From assembly GCA_038065275.1 (NCBI GenBank), contig JBBTRH010000002.1, positions 34,756 to 98,755 of the forward strand: a DNA stretch of 64,000 nucleotides, written 5' to 3'. Positions 1 to 8,957 of the stretch are shown here, one piece after another. Made by a program: the position numbers and the translations under genes. The notes under the pieces are model-generated. The model saw only the letters and a list, made by a program, of their open reading frames with translations, did not search any database and was not told the origin of the DNA. The first letter of the stretch is position 1, and the number at the start of each line of letters is the position of its first letter. This DNA is from Patescibacteria group bacterium (GTDB taxonomy: Bacteria; Patescibacteriota; Patescibacteriia; SBBC01; CAIJZX01).

Positions 1-753
1 TGGGAAGAGGCCGTGGCCACCGCCCTGACCCAACACATCCCGTACAATCCGGACGAAGTGTACTGGGACTGGTATGGCGTCGACCAACCGAATTCGCTCG
101 GTCAACCCCAAGTGTTGGTCGGCGCCGCGCCGCGGACCACTGTCGACGAATACCTGCACTTGTTCAGCGACGCCGGACTGCGGGTCAACTGCGCCGAAAT
201 CGAATCGGTGGCCATCGCCCGAGCCGTGCTCGGACCGCAACCGCCGGACGACGCCCGCATCATCCTCGACCTGGGCCGGACGCGATCGACGCTCATCCTG
301 GTTGACCGCGGGGTGGTCCAGTTTAGTAGCACCCTGCGCTACGCCGGCCGAGAACTTAATCGTTACATCGCCGATGAATTGCACATCTCCGTTGACCAGG
401 CGGAACGAGCCAAGTCGCTGTTCGGGCTGGACCCGCAACGCGGCCAGGGGTTATTACGCCGCGTCCTGGCGCCACATATCGACGCGATCGCCGACGGCAT
501 CGCCGACGTAGAGGAGTTCTTCCAGGAACATTTCATCGACCATCGGCCGATCACCGCCATCCAGATCAGCGGCAGTGGGGCGTTGTTGCGGGGAATCGAC
601 AGCGAGCTCCGTCAACGCCTCGACCAACAGGTAGTGCTGTCGCCATCCTGGATTTTCCAGCAGTTGTTGAAAACTGATCCCGCCCTCCCGCCGGAACTGG
701 GATATACCTACACCACCGCCTTCGGACTGGCTCTTCAACCCTGGTTCACTTAA
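1..753 (+). CDS. pilM: Type IV pilus assembly ATPase-like protein PilM (5'-truncated by window edge)
   Basis: Frame open from base 1; actin-like motifs IILDLGRTRST, YAGRELNRYIA...AERAK, ISGSGALLRGI, YTTAFGLAL; followed by pilN/pilO-like genes. Confidence 0.8.
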   Translation, partial: WEEAVATALTQHIPYNPDEVYWDWYGVDQPNSLGQPQVLVGAAPRTTVDEYLHLFSDAGLRVNCAEIESVAIARAVLGPQPPDDARIILDLGRTRSTLILVDRGVVQFSSTLRYAGRELNRYIADELHISVDQAERAKSLFGLDPQRGQGLLRRVLAPHIDAIADGIADVEEFFQEHFIDHRPITAIQISGSGALLRGIDSELRQRLDQQVVLSPSWIFQQLLKTDPALPPELGYTYTTAFGLALQPWFT

Positions 754-758
754 AAGCC

Positions 759-1304
759 ATGCTATCCCTCAACTTGATCCCCCCCCAGCTGAAAACGGAT
801 ATTCAGACCACTGCCATGCTCCGGCATTGGCGACGAGGCCTGGTTATGCTGGCCGTCCTGACGGTCGTCGGTACGGGCGGGGTGATCACCGCCTGGCAAC
901 TGCTCGCCGGACATGCCCGCCAGGTTCAAGGTGAGCTGACCGCCTTACAACAGCGCCAATCGACCCGCGGCGAAACCGATATCACGGCCACGACCGGCAC
1001 TCTGAATACCACCATCAAAATACTCAGTACGACGCTCGGCCGTCCGCAATCATGGTCACGCAATGCGGCGATGGTGTTAGCCGCCTTACCGTCCGGAACG
1101 ACGGTGTCCGATTTGACGATCCAAGCTGGCGGTCGTTTCCGCCTGGTCGGCGTGGCCGACAGCCGGCAAACGTTCGTCGCCCTGGAACAGACCTTGAAGA
1201 CGCATCCCCAGTTACAGCAGGTCACCACCTCATCGACCGCTTCTAAGCGGACCGCCGTACCGTTCGACTTTACCGGCCTGGTGGTCGCCGGAGGTCCCCC
1301 ATGA
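759..1304 (+). CDS. pilN: PilN-domain protein
   Basis: N-terminal LNLIP motif, TM helix, coiled coil, C-terminal ferredoxin-like segment (LPSGTTVSDLTI...GVADS); directly after pilM. Confidence 0.65.
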   Translation: MLSLNLIPPQLKTDIQTTAMLRHWRRGLVMLAVLTVVGTGGVITAWQLLAGHARQVQGELTALQQRQSTRGETDITATTGTLNTTIKILSTTLGRPQSWSRNAAMVLAALPSGTTVSDLTIQAGGRFRLVGVADSRQTFVALEQTLKTHPQLQQVTTSSTASKRTAVPFDFTGLVVAGGPP

Positions 1305-1822
1305 CCTCCCGTTCACGCTTGATCATCGCGGTCACGGTCTTGGCCGGCCTGGCGGTGGCCACCGTCGTGGCCGCGGGGGCTTGGTTCGTCCCGCGCCTGC
1401 ACCGACTCCGGCAAACGATTGACAACGACCGGGCTTCAACAGTCGTCATTCTCCAGCAACAGTCGAACCTGGATAAGCTTGGCCGTGATCTTGAGGCCTT
1501 GAAGAAGAAACAGGTCGAACTCGACCAGGACGTTTGGACCTTCTTGAAAGAAGATGACTTCTTCACTACGCTGGGGACGGTAGCCGGCAAGCGGCGCGTG
1601 CAAATGGATACACCGGTGATCGCCGACGCCACGCCGACCGGGACTTTGCTGACGCGGGCCGTGACGGTCAAGTTGCATGGCAATCTTGACTCGGCCCTCA
1701 ACGCCGTGGCCGATTTCCAACGCCTGACCCCGCTGATCGCCATCCAACAACTTCAGATCACGGTCAACTCCAAGCCCGGAGAATGGACCGTCAGCGTCGA
1801 GGCGCTGACGATCTGGAAATAA
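1301..1822 (+). CDS. pilO: PilO-like protein
   Basis: ATGA overlap with pilN; TM + coiled coil + VKLHGNL...FQRLTPLIAIQQLQI pattern. Confidence 0.55.
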   Translation: MTSRSRLIIAVTVLAGLAVATVVAAGAWFVPRLHRLRQTIDNDRASTVVILQQQSNLDKLGRDLEALKKKQVELDQDVWTFLKEDDFFTTLGTVAGKRRVQMDTPVIADATPTGTLLTRAVTVKLHGNLDSALNAVADFQRLTPLIAIQQLQITVNSKPGEWTVSVEALTIWK

Positions 1823-1835
1823 TCTCATCCCGCCG

Positions 1836-2114
1836 ATGCCCGCCATTCATTCCATCCGACGTCTCCTGCCCGCCCTGACCAAGCGTCTTCTGCCGATCGT
1901 CCTGATCGCCGGTTTAACTTGGGATGCTTGGCTGGGCTGGCAAAGCTGGACCCAGTGGGCCGATCAACCTTTGCCCCCCGAACGGGTAACCGCTAAACAG
2001 CTACGGGTCAACGAAAGTCAGTGGCAGGCCCTAGTCAATGATTTAACTGCCTACCGCCAACCGGTCAGCGGTCCGGCCATTCCGAGCAGTACGGCGGATA
2101 GTTCAAAAAATTAG
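1836..2114 (+). CDS. Small membrane-anchored protein ending the pil operon
   Basis: 92 aa, single TM helix, operon position. Confidence 0.5.
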   Translation: MPAIHSIRRLLPALTKRLLPIVLIAGLTWDAWLGWQSWTQWADQPLPPERVTAKQLRVNESQWQALVNDLTAYRQPVSGPAIPSSTADSSKN

Positions 2115-2145
2115 CCTGCCAAGTGCCACTCGTCGCGGAGTTTAT

Positions 2146-2161
2146 CCCGCCGTATGGCGGG
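2146..2161. repeat. Short GC hairpin CCCGCC-N4-GGCGGG
   Basis: Perfect 6-bp inverted repeat downstream of the pil operon. Confidence 0.35.
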
Positions 2162-2349
2162 GCTTCCTTGGATGCTTAGCGGCGCCATCTTGTTGGAGGA
2201 GCAATGTGGGTAAGGTTTCGTTTGGCGACTTAACTCTTCCGGGGACAGGTTATGACCCGCCTTGCTTGACCTTTTTCGGCACCTAGCCTAGTATCGGCGT
2301 ACTACCGAAGCGGACAGGACGTTGACAACAAAATAATGAGGGACTGGAA

Positions 2350-3024
2350 ATGGCTGATGGAATGGAAGACAGGGTGCATGATTCACTCCTCGCCTTTACT
2401 GACTTCTTGTATGCGGTGGTGTTTGGCATGATCGTCGGAAAAATCTTCGAAGACGTCATCAACGCCACTGGTCACTGGGGTGATAAGTTGGGGAAAATCG
2501 CCCTAGTCGGCGGAGTTTTCTACTTCTTGGCCTGGGATTGGTTACACGGTCGGTTGTTGACCCTGAAGAACCCATACCGGGGATATTGGCGATTTTTTCT
2601 TGAAATAATCATCGCGTGTTGCGGTTATGGGGCAGCACTTGGGGCCGTAGCAGCAAGCCCCTCTCTCCTGCTCTACATTGCCGTAATTCTATTGCTCGGT
2701 GTGTGGTGGTCCACGCTGACCATACGCGAATATCCTCAAAGCATCGATCTGCGGGAACTACGGTTTGTCATAAGATACCAATTAGTTGGCTTCACTTTTC
2801 TGCTCGTCTTCTCCGCGACCTACTTAGCCCAAGTCGGGACTCGGATACATCCGTGGGTATCGATACCATACGTACTCTGGGGATTCCTTTTTGTTTTCAT
2901 CTATGAGCTTTTCATCGAGCGCCCACCGGGGATGCTTGGCGGACCCGGAGTTCCATTCGTGAATAGAGAAATCATGACAGCGGCCAGAAGAAAAATCTTC
3001 CGTCCTAAGAAAGGAGAAGAATAA
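2350..3024 (+). CDS. Integral membrane protein (~6 TM), unknown function
   Basis: 224 aa hydrophobic ORF, lower GC than flanks; AFTDFLYAV weakly recalls the TMEM175-type AFSDGVFAI helix. Confidence 0.7.
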   Translation: MADGMEDRVHDSLLAFTDFLYAVVFGMIVGKIFEDVINATGHWGDKLGKIALVGGVFYFLAWDWLHGRLLTLKNPYRGYWRFFLEIIIACCGYGAALGAVAASPSLLLYIAVILLLGVWWSTLTIREYPQSIDLRELRFVIRYQLVGFTFLLVFSATYLAQVGTRIHPWVSIPYVLWGFLFVFIYELFIERPPGMLGGPGVPFVNREIMTAARRKIFRPKKGEE

Positions 3025-3025
3025 G

Positions 3026-3127
3026 ATGGTTGTCAAGATCATTATTCTTTTCGCCCTGGCTTACATCAGCACGATTCTGGCTGGCTTTCTGGCCGATCAC
3101 TACTCACGGCGAAAACCCAAGCGCTAG
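3026..3127 (+). CDS. 33-aa single-TM peptide MVVKIIILFALAYISTILAGFLADHYSRRKPKR (not in ORF track)
   Basis: ATG 1 nt after upstream stop, AAGGAG upstream, hydrophobic helix + basic tail, terminator follows. Confidence 0.5.
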   Translation: MVVKIIILFALAYISTILAGFLADHYSRRKPKR

Positions 3128-3149
3128 TCGCTACACGCACCTTCTCACC

Positions 3150-3178
3150 CAGGGGTTGGCCGTACAACCCCTGTTTTT
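3150..3178 (+). terminator. Intrinsic terminator
   Basis: CAGGGGTTG/CAACCCCTG stem followed by TTTTT. Confidence 0.6.
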
Positions 3179-3383
3179 ATTTGAGTGCGGAGATATATCA
3201 GAACAAAACGGTTGTTTGGTCTCGACGATTTTCGGTTCGCGGCTGGAAAAAATATGCACCGTTCCGAAAACACCGCCATATCCCGGAACGATGTCCAATT
3301 CCCCCTGCTGAACCCGTAACATCCCAATCTTTCTTCCGCCGCCCATGATTTGTTTCGTCGAGTCTCTCAGCAGATGACGCCTG

Positions 3384-3495
3384 GTCAACCCCGTTAGAAG
3401 CGACTAAGCCGCAGTTTGTTGATGAAATGTTGTTATGTGGCCACAAACAAAGTATATTATTTTAGTGTAGGCTTTCCGCTTCTAACGGGGTTGAC
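3384..3495. mobile_element. MITE-like element, family A (CCCCGTTAGA...TCTAACGGGG)
   Basis: Perfect 19-bp terminal inverted repeat (3384-3402 / 3477-3495), AT-rich core; related ends at 15554 and 63027. Confidence 0.7.
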
Positions 3496-3519
3496 AAGGT
3501 TGCTCCCGCCAGGTACAAT
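3491..3519 (+). promoter_or_regulatory. Sigma70 promoter of rpmA
   Basis: TTGACA-17 nt-TACAAT; the -35 overlaps the right arm of the inverted-repeat element. Confidence 0.75.
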
Positions 3520-3559
3520 GATGTTCGGTTCGCGGGAGGCTTAATCATTTTCCCAGTTT

Positions 3560-3853
3560 ATGGCCCACACTAAATCCGGCGGTTCGACCAGTCTCGGCCG
3601 CGATTCGCAAAGTAAACGGCTCGGCGTGAAGTTGTTTGCCGGCCAACGGGCGCGGGCCGGAGCGATCCTGGTTCGCCAGCGCGGGGCGCGTTTTTTACCG
3701 GGCGATAACGTCGGCCGGGGCGGAGACGATACTCTGTTCGCAATGCGGACCGGAACCGTCAGTTTCAAGAGCACCGGAAGAATCCGCTACGACGGACGGC
3801 GCGTCATGCGGCGGTATATTCACGTCCGGCCGGCGCAGTCGGCCGGTCGTTAG
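3560..3853 (+). CDS. rpmA: 50S ribosomal protein L27
   Basis: [36 protein letters not shown] motifs. Confidence 0.98.
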   Translation: MAHTKSGGSTSLGRDSQSKRLGVKLFAGQRARAGAILVRQRGARFLPGDNVGRGGDDTLFAMRTGTVSFKSTGRIRYDGRRVMRRYIHVRPAQSAGR

Positions 3854-3878
3854 TCCCGGCTCACGACTGGGGATCGCC

Positions 3879-3920
3879 TCATTTTTTAGTTCCGGCCCGC
3901 AGGAGATCGACAAACAGCGG
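3879..3920 (-). pseudogene. Orphan 3' end of pyrG (PLFVDLLRAGTKK*)
   Basis: Matches the intact pyrG C-terminus PLFVGLLRAGLKT; own TGA stop at 3879-3881. Confidence 0.8.
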
Positions 3921-3929
3921 GTCTAGGCG

Positions 3930-4199
3930 CTAGGAAACGAATATCTTTGACTCGTCGAGAATGATACCCTTGGCCTTCAGCTCGCGGATCAGGTTTTGCA
4001 TTTCCTGACGCATGGCCAGCATTTCCATAATCGCGTCAAGTTTAGCATCGACTTCGTCGAAGCGCTGGTCGGTATGTTCTCGTTCTTTACCCAGGCTTCC
4101 AGTAAAATGTCGAGCTAAGTCCGTAATCGAAGACCGGATCCGTTGCTCCGAGGCGTCGAGGTGGGTCTTAGTGATCGTTAATGATGTGCGTCGCACCAT
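3930..4199 (-). CDS. Small coiled-coil protein (paralog of 10355..10633)
   Basis: Own promoter; HF..S.G......F.....KLDAIM motif shared with the 10355 ORF. Confidence 0.75.
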   Translation of the reverse strand: MVRRTSLTITKTHLDASEQRIRSSITDLARHFTGSLGKEREHTDQRFDEVDAKLDAIMEMLAMRQEMQNLIRELKAKGIILDESKIFVS

Positions 4200-4237
4200 A
4201 ATAAAGGTATCTTTGTGGCCAGTCACCTGTTGGCCTG

Positions 4238-4266
4238 AGTCTAGGTTATTCTTCCTCAGTTGTCAA
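4238..4266 (-). promoter_or_regulatory. Sigma70 promoter of the coiled-coil gene
   Basis: TTGACA-17-TAGACT immediately after the pyrG stop. Confidence 0.65.
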
Positions 4267-4271
4267 TACGC

Positions 4272-5915
4272 TCAGGTGGATCGTTTTTGCGTTTTTAGTC
4301 CGGCCCGCAATAGACCGACGAACAGCGGATGCGGGCGAAGCGGCCGCGAGAGAAATTCAGGATGGAATTGGGTGCCGATGAACCAGGGATGATCGCGCAG
4401 TTCTAAAATTTCGACCAGCTGTCGTTTTGGTTCGAGACCGGCCACCACCATCCCCGCCCGCTCAAAGACCGACCGAAACCGGTTTTGGAATTCATAGCGG
4501 TGGCGGTGGCGTTCGTCAACCTGCCGGCGACCGTAGGCCAATGCAGTTTTCGTGTGCGACCGCAAACGGCAGGGGTACGACCCTAACCGCATCGACCCGC
4601 CGAGGTGGCGCTCTCGCACCAGCCGTTCCTGTTCGGGCATCAGGTCGATCACCGGTTTTTGCGTTTGCGGATTGACCTCGGTCGTGTTGGCGTCGCGCCA
4701 CCTAAGAACATGACGCGCGAACTCGACGGCCATCAACTGCATGCCGTAACAAAGCCCGAGGAAGGGAAGGCGGTGCGTTCGGGCGTACTTAATGACGTCG
4801 ATTTTTCCGGCCACGCCGCGCGGCCCGAATCCGCCTGGTACGATCAGCGCTTGAAAATTATCAAGTTCGCGCAATTTTTTGGGACGGCCGTCATAATCTT
4901 CGGCATTCAGCCAGGAAATCTCGACCGGCCGCCGCAATGACCAGGCGGCGTGTTTGACCGCCTCGATCACCGACAAATACGAATCGCTCAGGGTAAACGC
5001 CCCGCTGGAAAAATACTTGCCGACGATGCCAACGCGCAGTGATCTGGCTTTAGATTCAGCGCCGCGGACGAAATATTTCCAGTCGTGCAGATCGCGGCGC
5101 CGCACCGGCAGGTCAAACTTCGCTAGGATCTTTTCCGCCAAGTGTTCCCGCTCGAAGTTTAAGGGAATAGTGTAGATGTTCTTGACATCCGGAGCGGAAA
5201 TAATATCGCTCGGGTGCATGTTACAGTTGATCGACAGTTTCTCCTTGCGCGTTGTATCAAGCGATACTGCTCCGCGTCCGAGAATAAAATCGGGTTGGAT
5301 GCCGGCGGCGTTGAGCGTGCGCACGGCGTACTGCGTGGGTTTCGTCTTCATTTCCCCGAGTTGCCCGGGAATCGGCAAATAGCTTAGCAGGACGAACTGG
5401 ACCCGACCAGGCATCCGCAGGTGCATCATCCGGGCCGCTTCAAGGAATAACAGGTTCTGGTACTCACCGACCGTCCCGCCGATTTCCACCAGCTGAATGG
5501 CCGACCGATTGACCCGGGCGGCCGTGATCACCCGGCGGATGACTTCCTCGGGCACGTGCGGGACGACCTCGACGCACTTGCCGCCGTAGCCTAAGGCCCG
5601 CTCGCGCTCAATGACCGACAGGTAGACTTGGCCGGTGGTCATGTAGTCGTGACGGGTGAGCGTCACGTCCAGAAAGCGTTCATAGTTGCCGATATCCTGG
5701 TCGGTTTCCAGTCCGTCGGCGGTTACGAACACCTCGCCGTGCTCGGTCGGGTTCATGGTGCCGGCGTCAACGTTGATGTAGGGATCGATTTTCATGGCCC
5801 CCACCCGGTAGCCGCGGCTTTTGAGGAGCAGGCCCATGGACGAGACCGCGATCCCCTTCCCTAGACCCGACAGCACGCCGCCAACCACGAAGATGTAACG
5901 CGTTTTATTCGGCAT
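4272..5915 (-). CDS. pyrG: CTP synthase
   Basis: GGVLSGLGKGI, KIDPYINVDAGTMNP, KTKPTQ, GLCYGMQ, ERHRHRYE, QFHPEF. Confidence 0.98.
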   Translation of the reverse strand: MPNKTRYIFVVGGVLSGLGKGIAVSSMGLLLKSRGYRVGAMKIDPYINVDAGTMNPTEHGEVFVTADGLETDQDIGNYERFLDVTLTRHDYMTTGQVYLSVIERERALGYGGKCVEVVPHVPEEVIRRVITAARVNRSAIQLVEIGGTVGEYQNLLFLEAARMMHLRMPGRVQFVLLSYLPIPGQLGEMKTKPTQYAVRTLNAAGIQPDFILGRGAVSLDTTRKEKLSINCNMHPSDIISAPDVKNIYTIPLNFEREHLAEKILAKFDLPVRRRDLHDWKYFVRGAESKARSLRVGIVGKYFSSGAFTLSDSYLSVIEAVKHAAWSLRRPVEISWLNAEDYDGRPKKLRELDNFQALIVPGGFGPRGVAGKIDVIKYARTHRLPFLGLCYGMQLMAVEFARHVLRWRDANTTEVNPQTQKPVIDLMPEQERLVRERHLGGSMRLGSYPCRLRSHTKTALAYGRRQVDERHRHRYEFQNRFRSVFERAGMVVAGLEPKRQLVEILELRDHPWFIGTQFHPEFLSRPLRPHPLFVGLLRAGLKTQKRST

Positions 5916-6351
5916 GGTCGATGGTAACGGTCAAGGTGGCGCGGTGCTGGTCGGCGAGGATGACGGTCAGCTGATGGGTGCCGATTGTTTTTAGGTGGTC
6001 AGGTTCGCAACGCAAACCAGGCAGGTGCAGGCCGAACTGGCGAGCCAACTCTTGACGAATGGTCTCGGCCTTGACCGCGGCGAATAACGTCCCCTGGGCA
6101 CTGGCCCGGCCGTGAAGTCTGACCGTGACCCCAGTCAGCCGTTGAACAGCCGCCGTCATCTCGGCTGACTGCTGATGTTGTTGTCGTTGCTGACGGGTAG
6201 CGGCGGCGGCCTGAGCGGTGACGACCGCCCGGGTGGCCGGCACCGCCAATCGCTTCGGCAACAAAAAATTCCGGGCGTAGGCATCGCTCACCTCAACCAG
6301 GCTATTGGCCCGGCCCAGATCACGGACGTTTTTGAGGAGCTGGAGTTTCAT
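5905..6351 (-). CDS. rplI: 50S ribosomal protein L9
   Basis: MKLQLLKNVRDLG...VSDAYARNFLLPKRLAV; GTLF; LKTIGTH. Confidence 0.93.
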   Translation of the reverse strand: MKLQLLKNVRDLGRANSLVEVSDAYARNFLLPKRLAVPATRAVVTAQAAAATRQQRQQHQQSAEMTAAVQRLTGVTVRLHGRASAQGTLFAAVKAETIRQELARQFGLHLPGLRCEPDHLKTIGTHQLTVILADQHRATLTVTIDHAE

Positions 6352-7559
6352 CAGGACGAACTCAGGAGATCAAGCGCGCGATCGCGTTGCACGTCGGCGG
6401 CGGCGTCCTGGCCGGCGGCTTCTACCACCACGTCCGGAGTGATGCCGTTCTCGGCGATCGACCGGCCCTTGGGGGTCAACCACTTGGCGACGGTCAGTTT
6501 TAGGCTTGAACCGTCGCTCAGCGTCTGGTAATCCTGGACCGTGCCCTTGCCGAAGGTCAGGGTTCCGACGACCGTGCCGCGGCCGGTATCCTGCAACGCT
6601 CCGGCCACGATTTCCGAGGCGGAAGCGCTCCCGCCGTTGACCAGCACCACGACCGGCTGATCAGCCAAAAAGGCGTTGCCGACGGCGTCGAATGTTTGGC
6701 GCTGACCGTCGCGGTCCACTTCGGCCACGATCAAGCCGCGGGAAATAAAGACGCTGGCCACGTCGACCGCCTGATCAAGATAGCCGCCGGGGTTATTGCG
6801 CAGGTCAATCAATACGCCGTCGAGAGATTGGGCGGCGATGGCCTTAGTCTTGGCCCGTAGTTCGCGTCCGGTATCGCGGTTGAAGCTGGTAATGATGATG
6901 TCCGCCACCCGCCGGCCGCGATGCTCGGTCACCTTGGCGCTGACCGAATCGACGGTAATCTTGGCGCGGGTAACCGTGAATGTTTTCGGTTGCGGGTCGG
7001 CGCCGCGCTGGATGGTCAAGTTGACCGTCGTCCCTTGCTGACCGCGGATAGCGTCGATCACTTGGTCGAGATTCAGGCTACTGGCATCCTTGGTGTCGAT
7101 GGTCAGGATGGTGTCGCCGGCTTGCAAGCCGGCTTTTTCGGCCGGTGACTTTGGCAGCGGCGCGATGATCGTCACCTGTTTATTTTTGTAGCCGACTTGC
7201 ATCCCCACCCCCTCGAACGTGCCGCTGATTTCGTCTTCGAATTTCTTCGACTCGTCGGCGCTCAAGTAGGTTGAATAGGGGTCGCCCAGGCCGGATACCA
7301 GGCCGGCCACGGCCCCTTGCAACAGGTCGCGATCGTTGACGTTCCGGTTGACGTACTCGGTATGGAGCCGGTCCCAGACCTGGACCAGCTGGGAGTAGTC
7401 GACGTTTTGCGGCCACGGACGGAGCGCGGCGATGGCTTGCTGGAGCGTGGTCGGCCGGGTGGAGCGCTGGCTGGAGACGGTGACCGTCACCCCGACCGCA
7501 AAACCGACTACCAGCAAAACGGCGATACCGGCCAGACGGGTTAGGCGCGGGGACAACAT
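6351..7559 (-). CDS. ctpA: S41 carboxy-terminal processing protease with PDZ domain
   Basis: LGDPYS, DLRNNPGGYL, SASASEIVAGALQD, TFGKGTVQ, GITPD. Confidence 0.93.
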   Translation of the reverse strand: MLSPRLTRLAGIAVLLVVGFAVGVTVTVSSQRSTRPTTLQQAIAALRPWPQNVDYSQLVQVWDRLHTEYVNRNVNDRDLLQGAVAGLVSGLGDPYSTYLSADESKKFEDEISGTFEGVGMQVGYKNKQVTIIAPLPKSPAEKAGLQAGDTILTIDTKDASSLNLDQVIDAIRGQQGTTVNLTIQRGADPQPKTFTVTRAKITVDSVSAKVTEHRGRRVADIIITSFNRDTGRELRAKTKAIAAQSLDGVLIDLRNNPGGYLDQAVDVASVFISRGLIVAEVDRDGQRQTFDAVGNAFLADQPVVVLVNGGSASASEIVAGALQDTGRGTVVGTLTFGKGTVQDYQTLSDGSSLKLTVAKWLTPKGRSIAENGITPDVVVEAAGQDAAADVQRDRALDLLSSS

Positions 7560-7562
7560 AGT

Positions 7563-8858
7563 TTACAAGCGTTTAATCGTCGCGCCCAAGGCCTGGAGCC
7601 GAACCACCAGGTCCTGATAGCCGCGGTCAAGATGTTCCACGCCGGTCAGGGTCGAGGTGCCGGTGGCGGTCAGCGCGGCCACGAGGTGGGCCATGCCCGC
7701 CCGGATATCGGGAATACTGATGTCGGCGGGGTGGAGCGGCGTTGGGCCGATGACCTGACAACTATGGACATATCCGTGCGCCCACCAGCGACAGGGCAGT
7801 TCACCCCAGCAGTCGCTGCTGGTGGTAATCTTCGCCCCCATGGCCACCAGGGTTTTGGTATAGCCGAAGCGATCTTCGTAGACCGTCTCGTGGACGGTCG
7901 AGCGGCCGTCGGCTTGGGTCATGACGGTGACCAGCGGTTGTTGCCAGTCGGTCATATACCCCGGATGGGTATCCGTTTCCACCGTTACCCCGCGCAACGG
8001 TCCGCGGCGGTAAAAACGGATGCCGGTCGGTAAGACTTCAAACTGGCCGCCCAGGCGGCGGACGGTAGTCAGGAACGTCACCAGGTCAGCCTGACGGGCC
8101 TCGGCCACGAAAATGTCGCCGCCAGTGGCCAGGGCCAGGCAGGCGAACGAGGCGGCTTCAATCCGATCGGGGATGACGCGGTAAGTCGTGCCCTGCAGCC
8201 GATCCACGCCATCAATGATCAGGGTGCGGTTCGTCCCGAACTCGATAATCGCCCCCATGGTTTGCAGCATCTGCAACAAGTCCACCACCTCCGGCTCGAC
8301 GGCGGCATTGCGGATCATCGTCCGGCCGGCGGCCAAGACGGCCGCCAGGGCGATCGTTTCCGTCGCGCCGACGCTCGGGTAGGGTAAAGTGATGGTGGCG
8401 CCATGCAGTCGCGCGGCACGGGCTTTGAAACTCGTCGGCGTCGTGGCGATCTCGGCGCCCATGGCTTTCAAGGCCGCCAGGTGATAATTAACCGGCCGCG
8501 GACCGATGGCGTCGCCGCCGACGACCGGCACCTCCGCCTGGCCGGTGCGGTTGATCAGAATGCCAAGCGTTAAAATGGGCAGGCGGTTCCGGCGGCTGAG
8601 TTGCGGGATCGTGCGGCTGGTGACGGCGGGAGTGGTGACTGTCCAGCGGTGATCGTCGCGGTCGACTCGACCGCCGATCGAAGCAATCAGTTCAGCCGCG
8701 ATATCCGTTTCGCCAAGCTGGGGAACATTGTCGATTGACGACGGTTCATCCGTCAACATCGTGGCCAACAGGATTTTCGAAGCCGCGTTTTTTGCGCCGG
8801 AGAGCGTGACCGTGCCGTGCAACGGCCGACCGCCGGTAACTGAGAATCGGGCAGACAT
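7563..8858 (-). CDS. murA: UDP-N-acetylglucosamine 1-carboxyvinyltransferase (Asp-type active site)
   Basis: SGAKNA, GGDAIGPRPV (Asp at the canonical Cys position), PSVGATE, PDRIEA, DIRAG, HLDRGY. Confidence 0.95.
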   Translation of the reverse strand: MSARFSVTGGRPLHGTVTLSGAKNAASKILLATMLTDEPSSIDNVPQLGETDIAAELIASIGGRVDRDDHRWTVTTPAVTSRTIPQLSRRNRLPILTLGILINRTGQAEVPVVGGDAIGPRPVNYHLAALKAMGAEIATTPTSFKARAARLHGATITLPYPSVGATETIALAAVLAAGRTMIRNAAVEPEVVDLLQMLQTMGAIIEFGTNRTLIIDGVDRLQGTTYRVIPDRIEAASFACLALATGGDIFVAEARQADLVTFLTTVRRLGGQFEVLPTGIRFYRRGPLRGVTVETDTHPGYMTDWQQPLVTVMTQADGRSTVHETVYEDRFGYTKTLVAMGAKITTSSDCWGELPCRWWAHGYVHSCQVIGPTPLHPADISIPDIRAGMAHLVAALTATGTSTLTGVEHLDRGYQDLVVRLQALGATIKRL

Positions 8859-8920
8859 GAATGACGGGGAGAAGTGAACGTGGTAGACTTCGCGACGCGT
8901 TGGACGCGCGCGGCAAACTC

Positions 8921-8949
8921 ATCGTACCAGCCCCGCCGTCGACCGTCAA
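8921..8949 (-). promoter_or_regulatory. Promoter of the murA-ctpA-rplI-pyrG run
   Basis: TTGACG-17-TACGAT on minus strand. Confidence 0.55.
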
Positions 8950-8957
8950 CGCAACTT

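Noticed and set aside
3225-3246. TTCGGTTCGCGG repeated in the rpmA leader (about 3524-3535) as a possible further scar
   Set aside because: Only a 12-bp exact match in non-coding DNA with no peptide-level support; could be chance
3384-3495. Integron attC sites (GTTAGA/TCTAAC cores in family A elements)
   Set aside because: Cores are in the opposite order to attC (attC reads RYYYAAC...GTTRRRY), the elements do not delimit cassette arrays, and no integrase is present
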